Part shown: positions 17,907 to 27,175 of the stretch, piece after piece
Position numbering within the stretch: the first letter of the stretch is position 1
Layout of the letters: each line of letters starts with the position of its first letter
Made by a program: the position numbers and the translations under genes
The notes under the pieces: generated by a model
What the model was told of the DNA's origin: nothing
Database searches by the model: none
Seen by the model: the letters and a program-made list of their open reading frames with translations, nothing else
Assembly (NCBI GenBank): GCA_020854145.1
Contig: JADZFZ010001118.1
Location: forward strand, 14,067 to 78,066
Length of the DNA: 64,000 nt
Direction of reading: 5' to 3'
Source of the DNA: Deltaproteobacteria bacterium
Lineage (GTDB): Bacteria > Myxococcota_A > Polyangia > Polyangiales > JADZFZ01

Positions 17907-19958
17907 TCACCCCCGCGGGCCACGACGGCCACCCGAGCCGGCGGTCGGCGCAGGGGCGACGCGGGCCGTTCCAGCGCCAGACCCAGGCTCGCCCGGCATC
18001 TGGACGACCAGGTTAGAGAGGCCCTGCAGGGCGCCCTCACGCACCGCCTGCTGCATCGCACGCAGCTGCTCGGCCGGCAGCTCCGCCCGAACCGGCTCGA
18101 GCGAGCCGCCCGCGCTCGGGATGGACCCACGAGCACGCGTGAGGGCGCGATTGGCCTCCTCTGTCCGGTACGCGTCGGCTGTCGTCACGTCCATCGTGCC
18201 GAGCTCCTTGCGGTCCATGTAGAGGCCACCGAGCCCCGCGACCAGAAAGCCCGCCCCGACGATGCCTCCGAGCGCCGCGGCGCCCAACGCGCCGGCACCC
18301 GCCGCAGAGGCGATGCCGGCGCCGCCCGCTGTCCCTGCTCCACCAGCACCGAGCGCGCCGAGTACGCCGGTCCCTCCGGCGCCGCCGCCCTTCAGCGCGC
18401 CGCCGAGCAGGCCGCCGGCGCCCGCACCGCCTAGCGTGTCGGTCAACGCGCCGAGTGCCTCCGTGAGGAGCGGGAACTGCGTCTCAATCGACGTCTTGAG
18501 CTCGACGGCCGGCATCATCGCGTCGAAGAGACCCTGCGCGTTGCGCTGAAAGTTGACCTCGGCGTCCACGATAGCGCGATCGACGCGCCCGACGATCGGG
18601 TCGGCGTCGAGGCGTTGGTTGATGTCCCCGATGAGGCGCTGACCCGCTTCGGGATCCGAACCTTGCAGCCGCCGCACTGAACCCGGCTGAACGCGCTCCA
18701 TCTGCAGCAGCGCGCCGACTGCCGATCGGGCGCGCTCTTCCTTGAAGATCCGTTGCAGCGCGGCGGGCGTGGACGCACGCGGGTTGGCGATGAGCTGATC
18801 CACGATGTCGGCGAGCGGCAGAATCTCCCCACCGAAGCGGGCATTCCGAAGCGCGCGGCGACCGCGCAGCTGGCGAGCCTGCCCTCGGGTAGGGCCTTCG
18901 CCCGTCCCTTCGCGAACGATTCTCACGCCGGCTGCGGCTGCCGAGACCTGCGTATTGACGTCGTTCAGCTCAGTCAGCAGACGGCGAACGCGCGTCGCGG
19001 TCTCCTCTGCTCCGAAGTGCCCCGTCGCTGTGACCTCCGAGATGCCGACCGCCTGCCTCGCGCCCTCCATTCCGCGGAGCGGGGACTCGCGACCGAATGC
19101 GGCGACCACGGATCCGAAGGCATTCGCGAAGTCGGCGAACTCTACAGCCCCGTCGGCAGCTGCTTGTGAGACCAGGCCCAGGAATTCGGGCAATTGGTCA
19201 TCGCGGAGCTGCAGTTGCTGTCGCGCGATGCCCCATGTTGCAACGACGTCCGCGATCTCGGCGTTCGCAGCACGGGCAGCGGCCGCGATCGCAGCGAGCC
19301 CCTCGCCACCATTCGCCACGAGCCCAGGAACTGCCTCGGGCGTTCGCGCCTGCGCGGCCTCGAGCCCACCCAGCAAAGCCGTCGGTGATGTGCGCGTGTC
19401 CGTGGCGACGTTGCGGATGGTCGAACCGAGTCCACTGCGGCCCGACTGGCGCTCGAGTCGAATCAGTCCGCGCTGAAATGCGATCGAGCGGCCGACGAGC
19501 TCGTCGCGCGATGGGATGCCGGCGGCGGACGCGAAGCCGCTCGTGCGGTTGACCGCCGTCGCACCCAGAGCGAGCGCACCGCCACCGAGAGCGCCGAGAA
19601 GAGCGCCGCGGCGGCCTCCTCCACCCGAAGATCGACGCTGCTCGCGACGCGCCTGCTGGTCTGACCGCCGCTGCGCGCGGTAACTCTGCTCGGCCTCGCG
19701 GAGCGTGTCCCGGATGGCCCTCTGCTTCCGGCGCTCCGCTTCGACGAATCGCTTTGCGACCGCTTCGATCGCCGTCGTCGCGACGTTGCGCTGCTGCTGC
19801 GCGGATGCTGCCGTGTCGCTCGCCGTGCGCCTCTGCTCGCTCCGAATCTTCGACTGCGCGCCCCGAGCATCCGAGACGGTGCCGTTCAGGACGGCGCGGA
19901 CGCGCTCACGGCCGACGGCGCGGAGCTCGATGCGAGCTAGCGCGCTTCGATTTGCCAT
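17907..19958 (-). CDS. Tail tape measure protein
   Basis: 683 aa, helical and Ala/Gly-rich with a C-terminal Gly-rich hydrophobic stretch. Lies between the chaperone and baseplate genes. Confidence 0.8.
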   Translation of the reverse strand: MANRSALARIELRAVGRERVRAVLNGTVSDARGAQSKIRSEQRRTASDTAASAQQQRNVATTAIEAVAKRFVEAERRKQRAIRDTLREAEQSYRAQRRSDQQARREQRRSSGGGGRRGALLGALGGGALALGATAVNRTSGFASAAGIPSRDELVGRSIAFQRGLIRLERQSGRSGLGSTIRNVATDTRTSPTALLGGLEAAQARTPEAVPGLVANGGEGLAAIAAAARAANAEIADVVATWGIARQQLQLRDDQLPEFLGLVSQAAADGAVEFADFANAFGSVVAAFGRESPLRGMEGARQAVGISEVTATGHFGAEETATRVRRLLTELNDVNTQVSAAAAGVRIVREGTGEGPTRGQARQLRGRRALRNARFGGEILPLADIVDQLIANPRASTPAALQRIFKEERARSAVGALLQMERVQPGSVRRLQGSDPEAGQRLIGDINQRLDADPIVGRVDRAIVDAEVNFQRNAQGLFDAMMPAVELKTSIETQFPLLTEALGALTDTLGGAGAGGLLGGALKGGGAGGTGVLGALGAGGAGTAGGAGIASAAGAGALGAAALGGIVGAGFLVAGLGGLYMDRKELGTMDVTTADAYRTEEANRALTRARGSIPSAGGSLEPVRAELPAEQLRAMQQAVREGALQGLSNLVVQMPGEPGSGAGTARVAPAPTAGSGGRRGPRG

Positions 19959-19970
19959 CGGCCTTCCGAT

Positions 19971-20531
19971 TCAGCTCGGCGAGGGCGAGCCCGAAGAAGA
20001 GGACTTGCTCGTTGGTGCATTCGCGCGCAGTTGCGACGCCATAGAAAGACACAAGCGCCGGAGCGTGTTGGCATCGAAGGCCGAGAAGGTTGCCTCCGGC
20101 TCGAGCCCTTTTCCCAGGGCGTCGATCAGCGCCTTCTGCCCTCCTTCATCGAGCGCTACGAGCGGTGAGACCCACTCCTGGTGCTCGCGGTAGACGTTGA
20201 AGAGCGCCCGCACCGTCACGCTGTCGAGCACGCGGACGTCGCGGTCGGACGGGAAGAACGGGGGCAGCTCCGGATCGTCGGGCACCACGAACGCGCGCCA
20301 GATCACCTGTCGCTCGATCTCGCGATCGAGGAGCTCGGGATCCACGTCGAGGTCGGCGCCGAGCTTCTTCACGTATCGCTGCGCCTCGATGCGTGCGTGA
20401 TCGAGGTCCACGTCGAGGAGGATCCGAACGCCGAGCGCGACGCTATCGGCCCCCGGGAACGGAACGCGACGCACGTCGCGACGGCCGCGGAGGATCGCCT
20501 GCAGACGCTCGTCGGTGAAGTCCGGGGGCAT
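19971..20531 (-). CDS. Tail assembly chaperone (positional call)
   Basis: 186-aa acidic protein between the tube and tape measure genes. No frameshift signal examined. Confidence 0.5.
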   Translation of the reverse strand: MPPDFTDERLQAILRGRRDVRRVPFPGADSVALGVRILLDVDLDHARIEAQRYVKKLGADLDVDPELLDREIERQVIWRAFVVPDDPELPPFFPSDRDVRVLDSVTVRALFNVYREHQEWVSPLVALDEGGQKALIDALGKGLEPEATFSAFDANTLRRLCLSMASQLRANAPTSKSSSSGSPSPS

Positions 20532-20908
20532 CAGGTTGAGCCGCGCGGTTTGCCGACGAACGAGAGGTTGGCCGACGCTGCGTCATCGACGCTGTTCGAT
20601 GCCTCGTACTGCGTGAATCGCCCGACGTGCGTACGACGCTTGCCCCCGTGCACGACGACGAGGCGGATCGGCGTGCGCGCGATGGTGATCTCCTCCCAAT
20701 CGACGGGGAAGCCAGCCTTCGGCACCGCTTGCTCGATGCTGGCCTCGCTCCTCGTGGGCCCCTTGGAGAAGCCCGCGAGGCCCTTCGTCATGGTGGTGAC
20801 CTCGCGGTCGTTCGTCGTGGTGGTCACACGGACGTTGCGCGCCTCGGCGATGAGGCGCCCGTTCGCGTAGACCTCGCCCGGGCCCTCGTAGTTGTCCAAG
20901 TCGGCCAT
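20531..20908 (-). CDS. Tail tube protein (positional call)
   Basis: 125-aa beta-rich protein immediately after the sheath gene. Its stop overlaps the next start. Confidence 0.6.
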   Translation of the reverse strand: MADLDNYEGPGEVYANGRLIAEARNVRVTTTTNDREVTTMTKGLAGFSKGPTRSEASIEQAVPKAGFPVDWEEITIARTPIRLVVVHGGKRRTHVGRFTQYEASNSVDDAASANLSFVGKPRGST

Positions 20909-20921
20909 TCGATGCCTCCGC

Positions 20922-22436
20922 TCACGCCACCTGGCGAACGTCGATCGCGAACTGGTGCGCGCCCTCGATCACGTCGAGCGGCACCGAGCAGTTGAATCGC
21001 CCCGCCGGAGCCGGCGCGAGCTCGACCACGATCTCGCTCTTGCGCAGCTCGACCGAACCGGGCTCCAGGAGCCCAGCGGCCTCGTGCCCGAGGAGCCGTG
21101 CATACATCCAGTCCTTCAGCATCAGCGGGGTGACGACGCCGTCGGGCGGCGGGTCGCCGTCCGGATCGTCGGCGCCAGCCTTGAAGCCGGGCGTCGTGCC
21201 ATGCGCCCCGAACTCGGCGGGCACTCCCACCGCGAAGTCGTCGGCGACGAAATCCGGCACCGTCACCTTCGTGGTGTCGAGCACCGAGTACGACGGGTTT
21301 GCAGCGGCGTCCTGCGAGCGCGTCGTGATCGAGCGCGTCAGCAGCTGCTCGCCCGCCGACACGCGCAGCGGAGTGATGCCGTTGTTGAGCGCGCTCTTGA
21401 GATTCGCGCCCGTCGGCCAATCCGCTGGGCTGTAGCTCGGCGCGATCCCCGACACGATGAGGTCGTCGAGGTTCACTCCCGGATCGCTCGACTCGTGTCG
21501 CGCACGGAGCGCGGCGGCCGCCGCGGCGATCTGCAACGGGAGCTGCTCGGGCTTCTTCTGCCACACGCACTGCATGCGCGCGGCGTTCATCCCCGTCGCG
21601 ACCGTCGTGGCATCCGCGAGCGTGCCCCCGAAGCCGAAGATCACCACCTGGCGCTTGCCGTGATCGGGCCCGGCGTACGTGTTGACGTGCGTCCGGTACC
21701 GCGTGAGGTCGGCCGTGTCCGGCGTCGCGCTCGCACCCTCGCCATCGCTCGCCGCGACGATGTAGTGATGCCGGAGCGCCGCCACTGCATCGAGTGCGTT
21801 CTGCGAGTTGTCGGGAGTCGCGCCGCCGGTCAGGTAGCCCGTCGCGGGACCCGTGATCGTGATGCCTGGCGTGTTGCTCACGACGCGCAAGCTCGCGCGG
21901 TTGCCGCGAGGGCCTTTGTGGATGAACGTAACCGTGCAGTTGGCCGCTGCCGCCATCGCGGTGCCCTTGTCGAGCGGCCAATCGGTCATGTCCTCGAGGG
22001 CGGCCTCGAGCGCGACCGCAACGTTCGCGGCCGTCGTGCCCGACGCGATGGGCACGTTGATAGTCTGACCGCAGTAGCTGACGTCGATGGTGCCATCGGC
22101 AGTCGCGGTACCGGAGGCGGCCAGCACTCCCGTTGCGGCCGTGCCGCCGCTCTCGGCGACCGCAATCGCGTACAACGGCACGCCCGGCCAGACTGCGAAT
22201 GCTGCCTGGCAGCCGAGCAGCAGCTCGGAGCCCGCCCCGAAGAGCGTCCGAGCGTCGTCTTCCGACGTGACCGCGTAGCGGGTCGCTACCGTCGCGGTCC
22301 CCGCCGCCGTCTTGTTGCCGCAGAGCAGCACGAGGCGCGGTGCATCGGCAGCGCTCGTGGCTCCGACGCCGAGCGTCACCTGCAGGAAGGTTCCCGGCCG
22401 CTTGTCGTCGGCCGAGAGGATGCTCGCGAGGGTCAT
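20922..22436 (-). CDS. Contractile tail sheath protein
   Basis: 504 aa. The N-terminus RPGTFLQVTLGVGATSA...LVLLCGNKT is typical of sheath proteins. Synteny. Confidence 0.8.
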   Translation of the reverse strand: MTLASILSADDKRPGTFLQVTLGVGATSAADAPRLVLLCGNKTAAGTATVATRYAVTSEDDARTLFGAGSELLLGCQAAFAVWPGVPLYAIAVAESGGTAATGVLAASGTATADGTIDVSYCGQTINVPIASGTTAANVAVALEAALEDMTDWPLDKGTAMAAAANCTVTFIHKGPRGNRASLRVVSNTPGITITGPATGYLTGGATPDNSQNALDAVAALRHHYIVAASDGEGASATPDTADLTRYRTHVNTYAGPDHGKRQVVIFGFGGTLADATTVATGMNAARMQCVWQKKPEQLPLQIAAAAAALRARHESSDPGVNLDDLIVSGIAPSYSPADWPTGANLKSALNNGITPLRVSAGEQLLTRSITTRSQDAAANPSYSVLDTTKVTVPDFVADDFAVGVPAEFGAHGTTPGFKAGADDPDGDPPPDGVVTPLMLKDWMYARLLGHEAAGLLEPGSVELRKSEIVVELAPAPAGRFNCSVPLDVIEGAHQFAIDVRQVA

Positions 22437-22723
22437 CCGGTCCGCTCCTCACGTCCGCCGCGCGCGGACTTGGCGGGCGCCGTGGGCGCCAGCGCGAGAT
22501 CTCCGTCGGTCAGTGCCTGACGGATCTCGCGCGTGTTGGGCAGCTCCTGCGGCCCGTCGTCGACGTACTGGTCGCCGCCCGGCACCGCGTACACGACGGG
22601 CGGCGTACCCGCCTCGAGCTCGCGCGCGAGCGCGCGCCGCACGCCGACGAAGCGTCTGCCGGGACGAGGGTCCGGATAGACCTTCCCCGGCACCCGCACG
22701 ACGCGGATGGTCTCGTTGCTCAT
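22433..22723 (-). CDS. Small tail-associated protein, FluMu gp38 (DUF2635)-like
   Basis: GGAGAGGA RBS before ATG 22723. Translation MSNETIRVVRVPGKVYPDPRPGRRF...REIRQALTDGDLALAP. The track ORF start at 22798 is rejected. Confidence 0.55.
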   Translation of the reverse strand: MSNETIRVVRVPGKVYPDPRPGRRFVGVRRALARELEAGTPPVVYAVPGGDQYVDDGPQELPNTREIRQALTDGDLALAPTAPAKSARGGREERTG

Positions 22724-22742
22724 GGTGTCCTCTCCTCGTCGG

Positions 22743-23462
22743 TCAGAGCGCGACGAGCAGCAGCTCGACGCCGGCGACGACATGCGCGGCCCCGCCATCG
22801 GAGATCGCGCGGAACATGATGTCAGTCTTCTGCGTGAACGCCTCGAGCGCGCGTGCGTTCGAGCCTCCGTGCGGCGACGTCGTGCGATGCTCGCGCCGCA
22901 TCTGCCGTGCGGATGTCGCGCCCGATGCCCGACGGTAGAGGCGACCGGTCGCTGCGCTCGAGCTCTCGATCCACTCGCGCAGCAGCAGTGCCTGGTAGCC
23001 GGCCGGCACCGTCCAGAGCGCCTGGGGCGACTCGCCGAGGCCCGCGGGGATGTGCGCCTGCAGTGAGCCGCCGATCGACACGGAGATCGCGCCGGCGTTC
23101 ACCTCGCCGCTGCCCGCCTCCTTCACCCGCACGCGCTGCACGCGGAGTCCGAGCTCGGTCGTCACAACGGGCGTCGCACCCGCCAGCGCGACGACCTTCG
23201 TCTGCTCGAGGTAGTCGCCGTCGAGGTAGTCGATCTCGACGCTGCGCGCGCCCGTGCCGGCTGCTGCGTCGTCCGCCGAGCTCGACACGATCGACATCGC
23301 GCCCGCGCTCGAGGGCACTGCGCGCGTGGTCGTGCCGCCGCTCTCGCCGCCCGTCCAGACGTCGTGCTCCGACGTCGAGAGGTCGGTGCGGCGCCCGACG
23401 ATCGTCACCGTGCGGTGACCGATGACCGAGCCCTTTGCGACGTCGATGAGCGATGCCGTCAT
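22743..23462 (-). CDS. Virion structural protein of unknown role (239 aa)
   Basis: Protein-like beta-rich translation (MSIVSSSADDAAAGTGARSVEIDYLDGDYLEQTKVVALAGATPV...). 4-nt overlap with the upstream gene. Confidence 0.55.
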   Translation of the reverse strand: MTASLIDVAKGSVIGHRTVTIVGRRTDLSTSEHDVWTGGESGGTTTRAVPSSAGAMSIVSSSADDAAAGTGARSVEIDYLDGDYLEQTKVVALAGATPVVTTELGLRVQRVRVKEAGSGEVNAGAISVSIGGSLQAHIPAGLGESPQALWTVPAGYQALLLREWIESSSAATGRLYRRASGATSARQMRREHRTTSPHGGSNARALEAFTQKTDIMFRAISDGGAAHVVAGVELLLVAL

Positions 23463-24154
23463 GTGTCCTCGTCGAGCTCGTCGTCGGTCTGCTCATCGGA
23501 ATCGACGAGCGAGCCGTGAAGCGGAATGCGGTCGTGCACGATGGGCTGCTCACCAGCCGGATGCGCCGGATCCTCGCGGTTCAGGTACCGGACCTCGACC
23601 GACAGCAGGTCCGAGAACGCCGATAGGTCCGCGGGTGGGCGCACGCGGAGCACGAACGCGCCCCGGAAGCCCGGATAGGCGACTCCCGGCGCGCCGGTGC
23701 GCTCGTAGTCGTAACGAACGTCCTCGTGATCGAGCGTGGGGTCGCCCATCGAGGTGGCAACGACGCCGACGAGCTGGAGCAACGGCGCATCGGAGCTCGC
23801 CGCTGGATGCCGGCCTCTGGCGAGGATCTCGATGAGGTGCTCCCAGACCATCGAGAGCAGGTCCCATCGCGGCGCGACCTTGTTGTGCCCGCGCATCGGC
23901 GACACGAAGTCGAGCCCGAGGATGATCTCCTGCTCGCGGCGCAGTCCTCGGCGCACCGACTGCTGTCGAGCCCGGTAGACCGAGAGCGCCGGCATGTCCG
24001 TGTCGGCGAGACCGAACTCGAGCGGGCGCGGGTGCCCGAAGACGGTCCGGATCGCATCGGTGCCGAGCGACGACGCTAGCTCGGCATTGACCCCGAGCTT
24101 CGCCAGCGTCGCGACGGCCGCAACGACGACATCGCTCGCAGCGTCGAGGCCCAT
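23459..24154 (-). CDS. Neck / tail-completion protein (positional call)
   Basis: 231 aa with an acidic C-terminal tail. Lies between the gp10-like head-tail gene and the tail genes. Confidence 0.5.
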   Translation of the reverse strand: MGLDAASDVVVAAVATLAKLGVNAELASSLGTDAIRTVFGHPRPLEFGLADTDMPALSVYRARQQSVRRGLRREQEIILGLDFVSPMRGHNKVAPRWDLLSMVWEHLIEILARGRHPAASSDAPLLQLVGVVATSMGDPTLDHEDVRYDYERTGAPGVAYPGFRGAFVLRVRPPADLSAFSDLLSVEVRYLNREDPAHPAGEQPIVHDRIPLHGSLVDSDEQTDDELDEDT

Positions 24155-24534
24155 CAGAAGCCCGAGCGCTCGAGCATGTCGTCGAGCTTTCCGACCATCG
24201 CGTCGGTCGCACGGCCAAGCTCCTGCTCGATCGCCGGCGCGAGGAACGGTCTCGGCGCAACATGCTTCGTGCCGCCCTCGAGGAACAGCGCGTGCCCCGC
24301 GTCGGCCGTCACGAAGCCCGATGCACCGAACGCGGTCTCACGGACATCGTCCACGGCCTGGATCGATGCACGCAGTCGGCCAGTGCGGTCGTGAAACGCG
24401 GTGGTCGCGCGAGCGTTCTCGGCGACGGGCTCGAGACCGGCTTCGATGCCGTCCACGATGGCGCCGTCGAGCTCGCGGGCGGCCTCGTGAGCGGCCCGCT
24501 CGATTCCGGAGACATCGATCGAAAATTCGAGCAT
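24154..24534 (-). CDS. Head-tail joining protein, HK97 gp10-like
   Basis: 126 aa from ATG 24534 (MLEFSIDVSG...FHDRTGRLRASI...ALFLEGGTKHVAPRPFLAPA), which fits the HK97 gp10 pattern. Confidence 0.65.
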   Translation of the reverse strand: MLEFSIDVSGIERAAHEAARELDGAIVDGIEAGLEPVAENARATTAFHDRTGRLRASIQAVDDVRETAFGASGFVTADAGHALFLEGGTKHVAPRPFLAPAIEQELGRATDAMVGKLDDMLERSGF

Positions 24535-24545
24535 CGAAGCCTCCG

Positions 24546-24857
24546 TTACGCGACCAGTGGACCCGCCGGGATCGTCTTCCGGAGGCGCTCCCACTCGGCG
24601 AGGTAGGTCGACGTCGTCGGGGGCTCTCCGTTGACGTCGGTCGTCATCCGCGCCTTCTCGCCGAACGACGAGATCGCGAGTGCGTGAGCTGCCCGCAGGC
24701 GCACCGAATAGGCGAGCTTCGCGGCGCTGTAGAGCTCGGCTGAGTGCCAGAGCTCGGCGTCTGCGAGAGCGGCCTCGACGGCGGCCTGCGGGAACTCCTC
24801 GACCTTGGCGAACTCGGGGTGCTTCGTGACGAAGTCGGCGTACGTGACGACGGCCAT
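24546..24857 (-). CDS. Head-tail connector protein (DUF4054-like)
   Basis: 103 aa. Translation MAVVTYADFVTKHPEFAKVEEFPQAAVEAALADAE... GAGGTG RBS. Confidence 0.65.
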   Translation of the reverse strand: MAVVTYADFVTKHPEFAKVEEFPQAAVEAALADAELWHSAELYSAAKLAYSVRLRAAHALAISSFGEKARMTTDVNGEPPTTSTYLAEWERLRKTIPAGPLVA

Positions 24858-24874
24858 CGGAGCACCTCATCGAG

Positions 24875-24896
24875 CGCGTGCAGACGTCTGCACGCG
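24875..24896. repeat. Palindrome copy 2: CGCGTGCAGACGTCTGCACGCG (intergenic, head / neck junction)
   Basis: Perfect 22-bp palindrome between stop 24907 and ATG 24857. Confidence 0.95.
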
Positions 24897-24906
24897 GGTT
24901 GGGCGG

Positions 24907-25254
24907 TCAGCGACCGCGGGGACCGCTGGTGCGGCGCGGAGACGACGGCTGCGTGCGCTCACCAGCCGGCTCCTCCGGCTCCGGAGCCCTGACGACGATC
25001 GGCGCCGGTGGCCCGATGACGACGGGTGCCGACCTGGCGCCGCGTGACGGCTTCGGCGCCTGAATCCCATCGACCGCCACCATCTTGCCGGCAACGTAGA
25101 TTCGCAGGCCGGGATTCTCGAGCATCTTCGCGGCCGACTCCTCGTCGATCTCGACCGACGCGCCGGGCTGCAACGTGTAGCCGGACGCGTGTTGCGTGTC
25201 TGGCACACCAGGCAGACCGACATCGGCGGTGTGCACGTTCGTGAAGGTGACCAT
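24907..25254 (-). CDS. Hypothetical head-associated protein (115 aa)
   Basis: ATGA overlap with the capsid gene stop. Folded N-terminal ~65 aa, then a Pro-rich tail. Confidence 0.5.
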   Translation of the reverse strand: MVTFTNVHTADVGLPGVPDTQHASGYTLQPGASVEIDEESAAKMLENPGLRIYVAGKMVAVDGIQAPKPSRGARSAPVVIGPPAPIVVRAPEPEEPAGERTQPSSPRRTSGPRGR

Positions 25255-26318
25255 CAGAGACCGTCCATGTACGCGGCGGCCTTCGGCCGGATGAAGTCCA
25301 CACCTCCCAGCCGCATCTCACAGGGGATGACGAACTGGAAGTTGCGAAGCTGTGGCGGCATCGCGACGAACTCGAGCGTCACGTGCCAGAAGAGGACCTT
25401 CGGATCCTTCACGTAGGCGACCGCGCGAGGTCCGTCGTTCTCCGCGTCGGCCAGGTCGGCAGCGACCCACGACGTGATCATGAGGTCACGACCCGTCGCC
25501 GCCCTCCACTGGTCCTTCAGCGCCTGCAAGACCGTGATGCGGTTCGTGGTGTCGACCTCCTTGACCGCGGCGAGGTTGTACTCGTCGGTGCCGAGGATGA
25601 GCGCGTTCGGGTAGTGGATGTTCTTCGTCGCTGCCGGAATCGAGTTGAGGAGCTTCGTGAGATCGCCCAGCATCTGCGCCGAGGTGGTGCTCGCCGTCCA
25701 GGTCCCCGTGACAGGCGAGACCGTCGGCACGTTGCTGTTCTTGAAGAGGCCGACGAGGCCGAACTCCGAGTCGCCGACGGCTGCGACATCGTCGGCGGTT
25801 CGCTCCATGATCTCGCGACACGCGTCGCCGCGCATGCGATCGATCGGACGGCCCGTCATCACCGCTTCACGCAGCTCGTCGGTGTCGTAGGCGTACCCCA
25901 GACGCAGGCCGACGATGGGCGAGCTGGCCTCCGCTCCCGTGGTTTGCACGAGCGGAATGTCGTCGCCCTTCGCGTTGCCGAGCCGCGCCTTTCCCTGAAC
26001 GTTCCAGATCTGGTGCGTCACGGTACGAGCACCGGGACCAGCTTCGCCGTTGATCGGGATGAGCTGGCGCGCCTTCAGCTCCGGGTACTCCTGCATGTAG
26101 AGCGTCCGGAGCACATGTTCGAGCTCGCGGGAGAACGTGGACGTATCGCCAGCGTCGTTGCGCCCTTCTCCCCCGATGATGCCCCCCTGCATGCCGAGCA
26201 TGCGGAGGACCTCGCGATGACGCTTGGGAGAGAAGATCTGCGGCGGCGCCTCGTCCTTGCGAATGAGGCGGCGTGCCGGCTTCTCGCCGACGAGCGGCGT
26301 GGCGTTCTGAGTCTGCAT
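25254..26318 (-). CDS. Major capsid protein (DUF2184-type)
   Basis: 354 aa. Sits in the typical portal / DUF2213 / capsid trio. Translation FSRELEHVLRTLYMQEYPELKARQLIPI... Confidence 0.8.
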   Translation of the reverse strand: MQTQNATPLVGEKPARRLIRKDEAPPQIFSPKRHREVLRMLGMQGGIIGGEGRNDAGDTSTFSRELEHVLRTLYMQEYPELKARQLIPINGEAGPGARTVTHQIWNVQGKARLGNAKGDDIPLVQTTGAEASSPIVGLRLGYAYDTDELREAVMTGRPIDRMRGDACREIMERTADDVAAVGDSEFGLVGLFKNSNVPTVSPVTGTWTASTTSAQMLGDLTKLLNSIPAATKNIHYPNALILGTDEYNLAAVKEVDTTNRITVLQALKDQWRAATGRDLMITSWVAADLADAENDGPRAVAYVKDPKVLFWHVTLEFVAMPPQLRNFQFVIPCEMRLGGVDFIRPKAAAYMDGL

Positions 26319-26336
26319 GATCGTCTGTCCCTTTCC

Positions 26337-27173
26337 TCAGCCCGCCGCCAGGTCGAGCTCGATCTCGCTGACGCCCGCTGCAGTGATCGTCCGAGCCCAG
26401 CGCGCGCCCCTCAGGAGACATGCGTCGGGCGCACCCGCCGAGCCGTCCGCGTCCTTTCGGAACGCACCGCGAACCTCGGCACCGCCGGCCACGAAGCGCA
26501 CCCAGACGGGCTCGCCCTTGGTCGTGACCGTCTCGCTCGTTACGAAGAGGTTCCCCTTCCGGCGCACCGAAACGACATCGTCCTCGGCGTAGTCCGTCTG
26601 TGTGACCTTGCCCGAGTCGTACATCGACGCGCCCACGACGTCGCGGCCGCTGATGGGCCCCATGTCGGTGCCGATGCCGATCGTCACCGCGCCACCCACG
26701 CCAGCCATCGGCGAGAGGCGCGCCTCGAGGAAGTACTCGAAGCACACCTTCCCGACGAGGGTCGTGTTGCCGGCATCGGGCACGTAGAGCGTCTCCTCGA
26801 CGACGTCACCCGCGGGCGTGATGCCCTTCAGGAGGAGCGTGCCGGCATCGACGTCGGCGTGGCTCGAGAACGTCGCGGTCAGGTTGCGAGGGGGCCAGAT
26901 CCTCGTCGCTCCGATGGCGCCGTTCGCGTCCGCCGTGCCCTTCGTGACTGCGGTCGCGGCCGTCGCGAAGCCCGACGCGATGATCGCCGTCGCGGACGCG
27001 GCCGCGGGAGCGGCCGGCTGTTTGACCTGCTCTTCGGCGGTACCGCGCACGACGGCGATACCGACGGGGACGGTACCCTCGGCTGCGAGAGCGAGGTCCT
27101 TCTTGATCCCGCAATCGGCCGGCGAACCGTTGAGCCCGATCGCGGGAGCGGTGAGGTAGCTCGTCTGCGGCAT
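26337..27173 (-). CDS. Head structural/decoration protein (278 aa)
   Basis: Lies between the protease/scaffold and capsid genes. Beta-rich, protein-like translation. Confidence 0.6.
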   Translation of the reverse strand: MPQTSYLTAPAIGLNGSPADCGIKKDLALAAEGTVPVGIAVVRGTAEEQVKQPAAPAAASATAIIASGFATAATAVTKGTADANGAIGATRIWPPRNLTATFSSHADVDAGTLLLKGITPAGDVVEETLYVPDAGNTTLVGKVCFEYFLEARLSPMAGVGGAVTIGIGTDMGPISGRDVVGASMYDSGKVTQTDYAEDDVVSVRRKGNLFVTSETVTTKGEPVWVRFVAGGAEVRGAFRKDADGSAGAPDACLLRGARWARTITAAGVSEIELDLAAG

Positions 27174-27175
27174 GG

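Noticed and set aside
20824-22520. Two 542-aa ORFs (both strands) over the sheath gene
   Set aside because: Both are Arg/Asp/Gly-rich nonsense frames. 20922..22436 has a typical tail-sheath sequence and the correct synteny.
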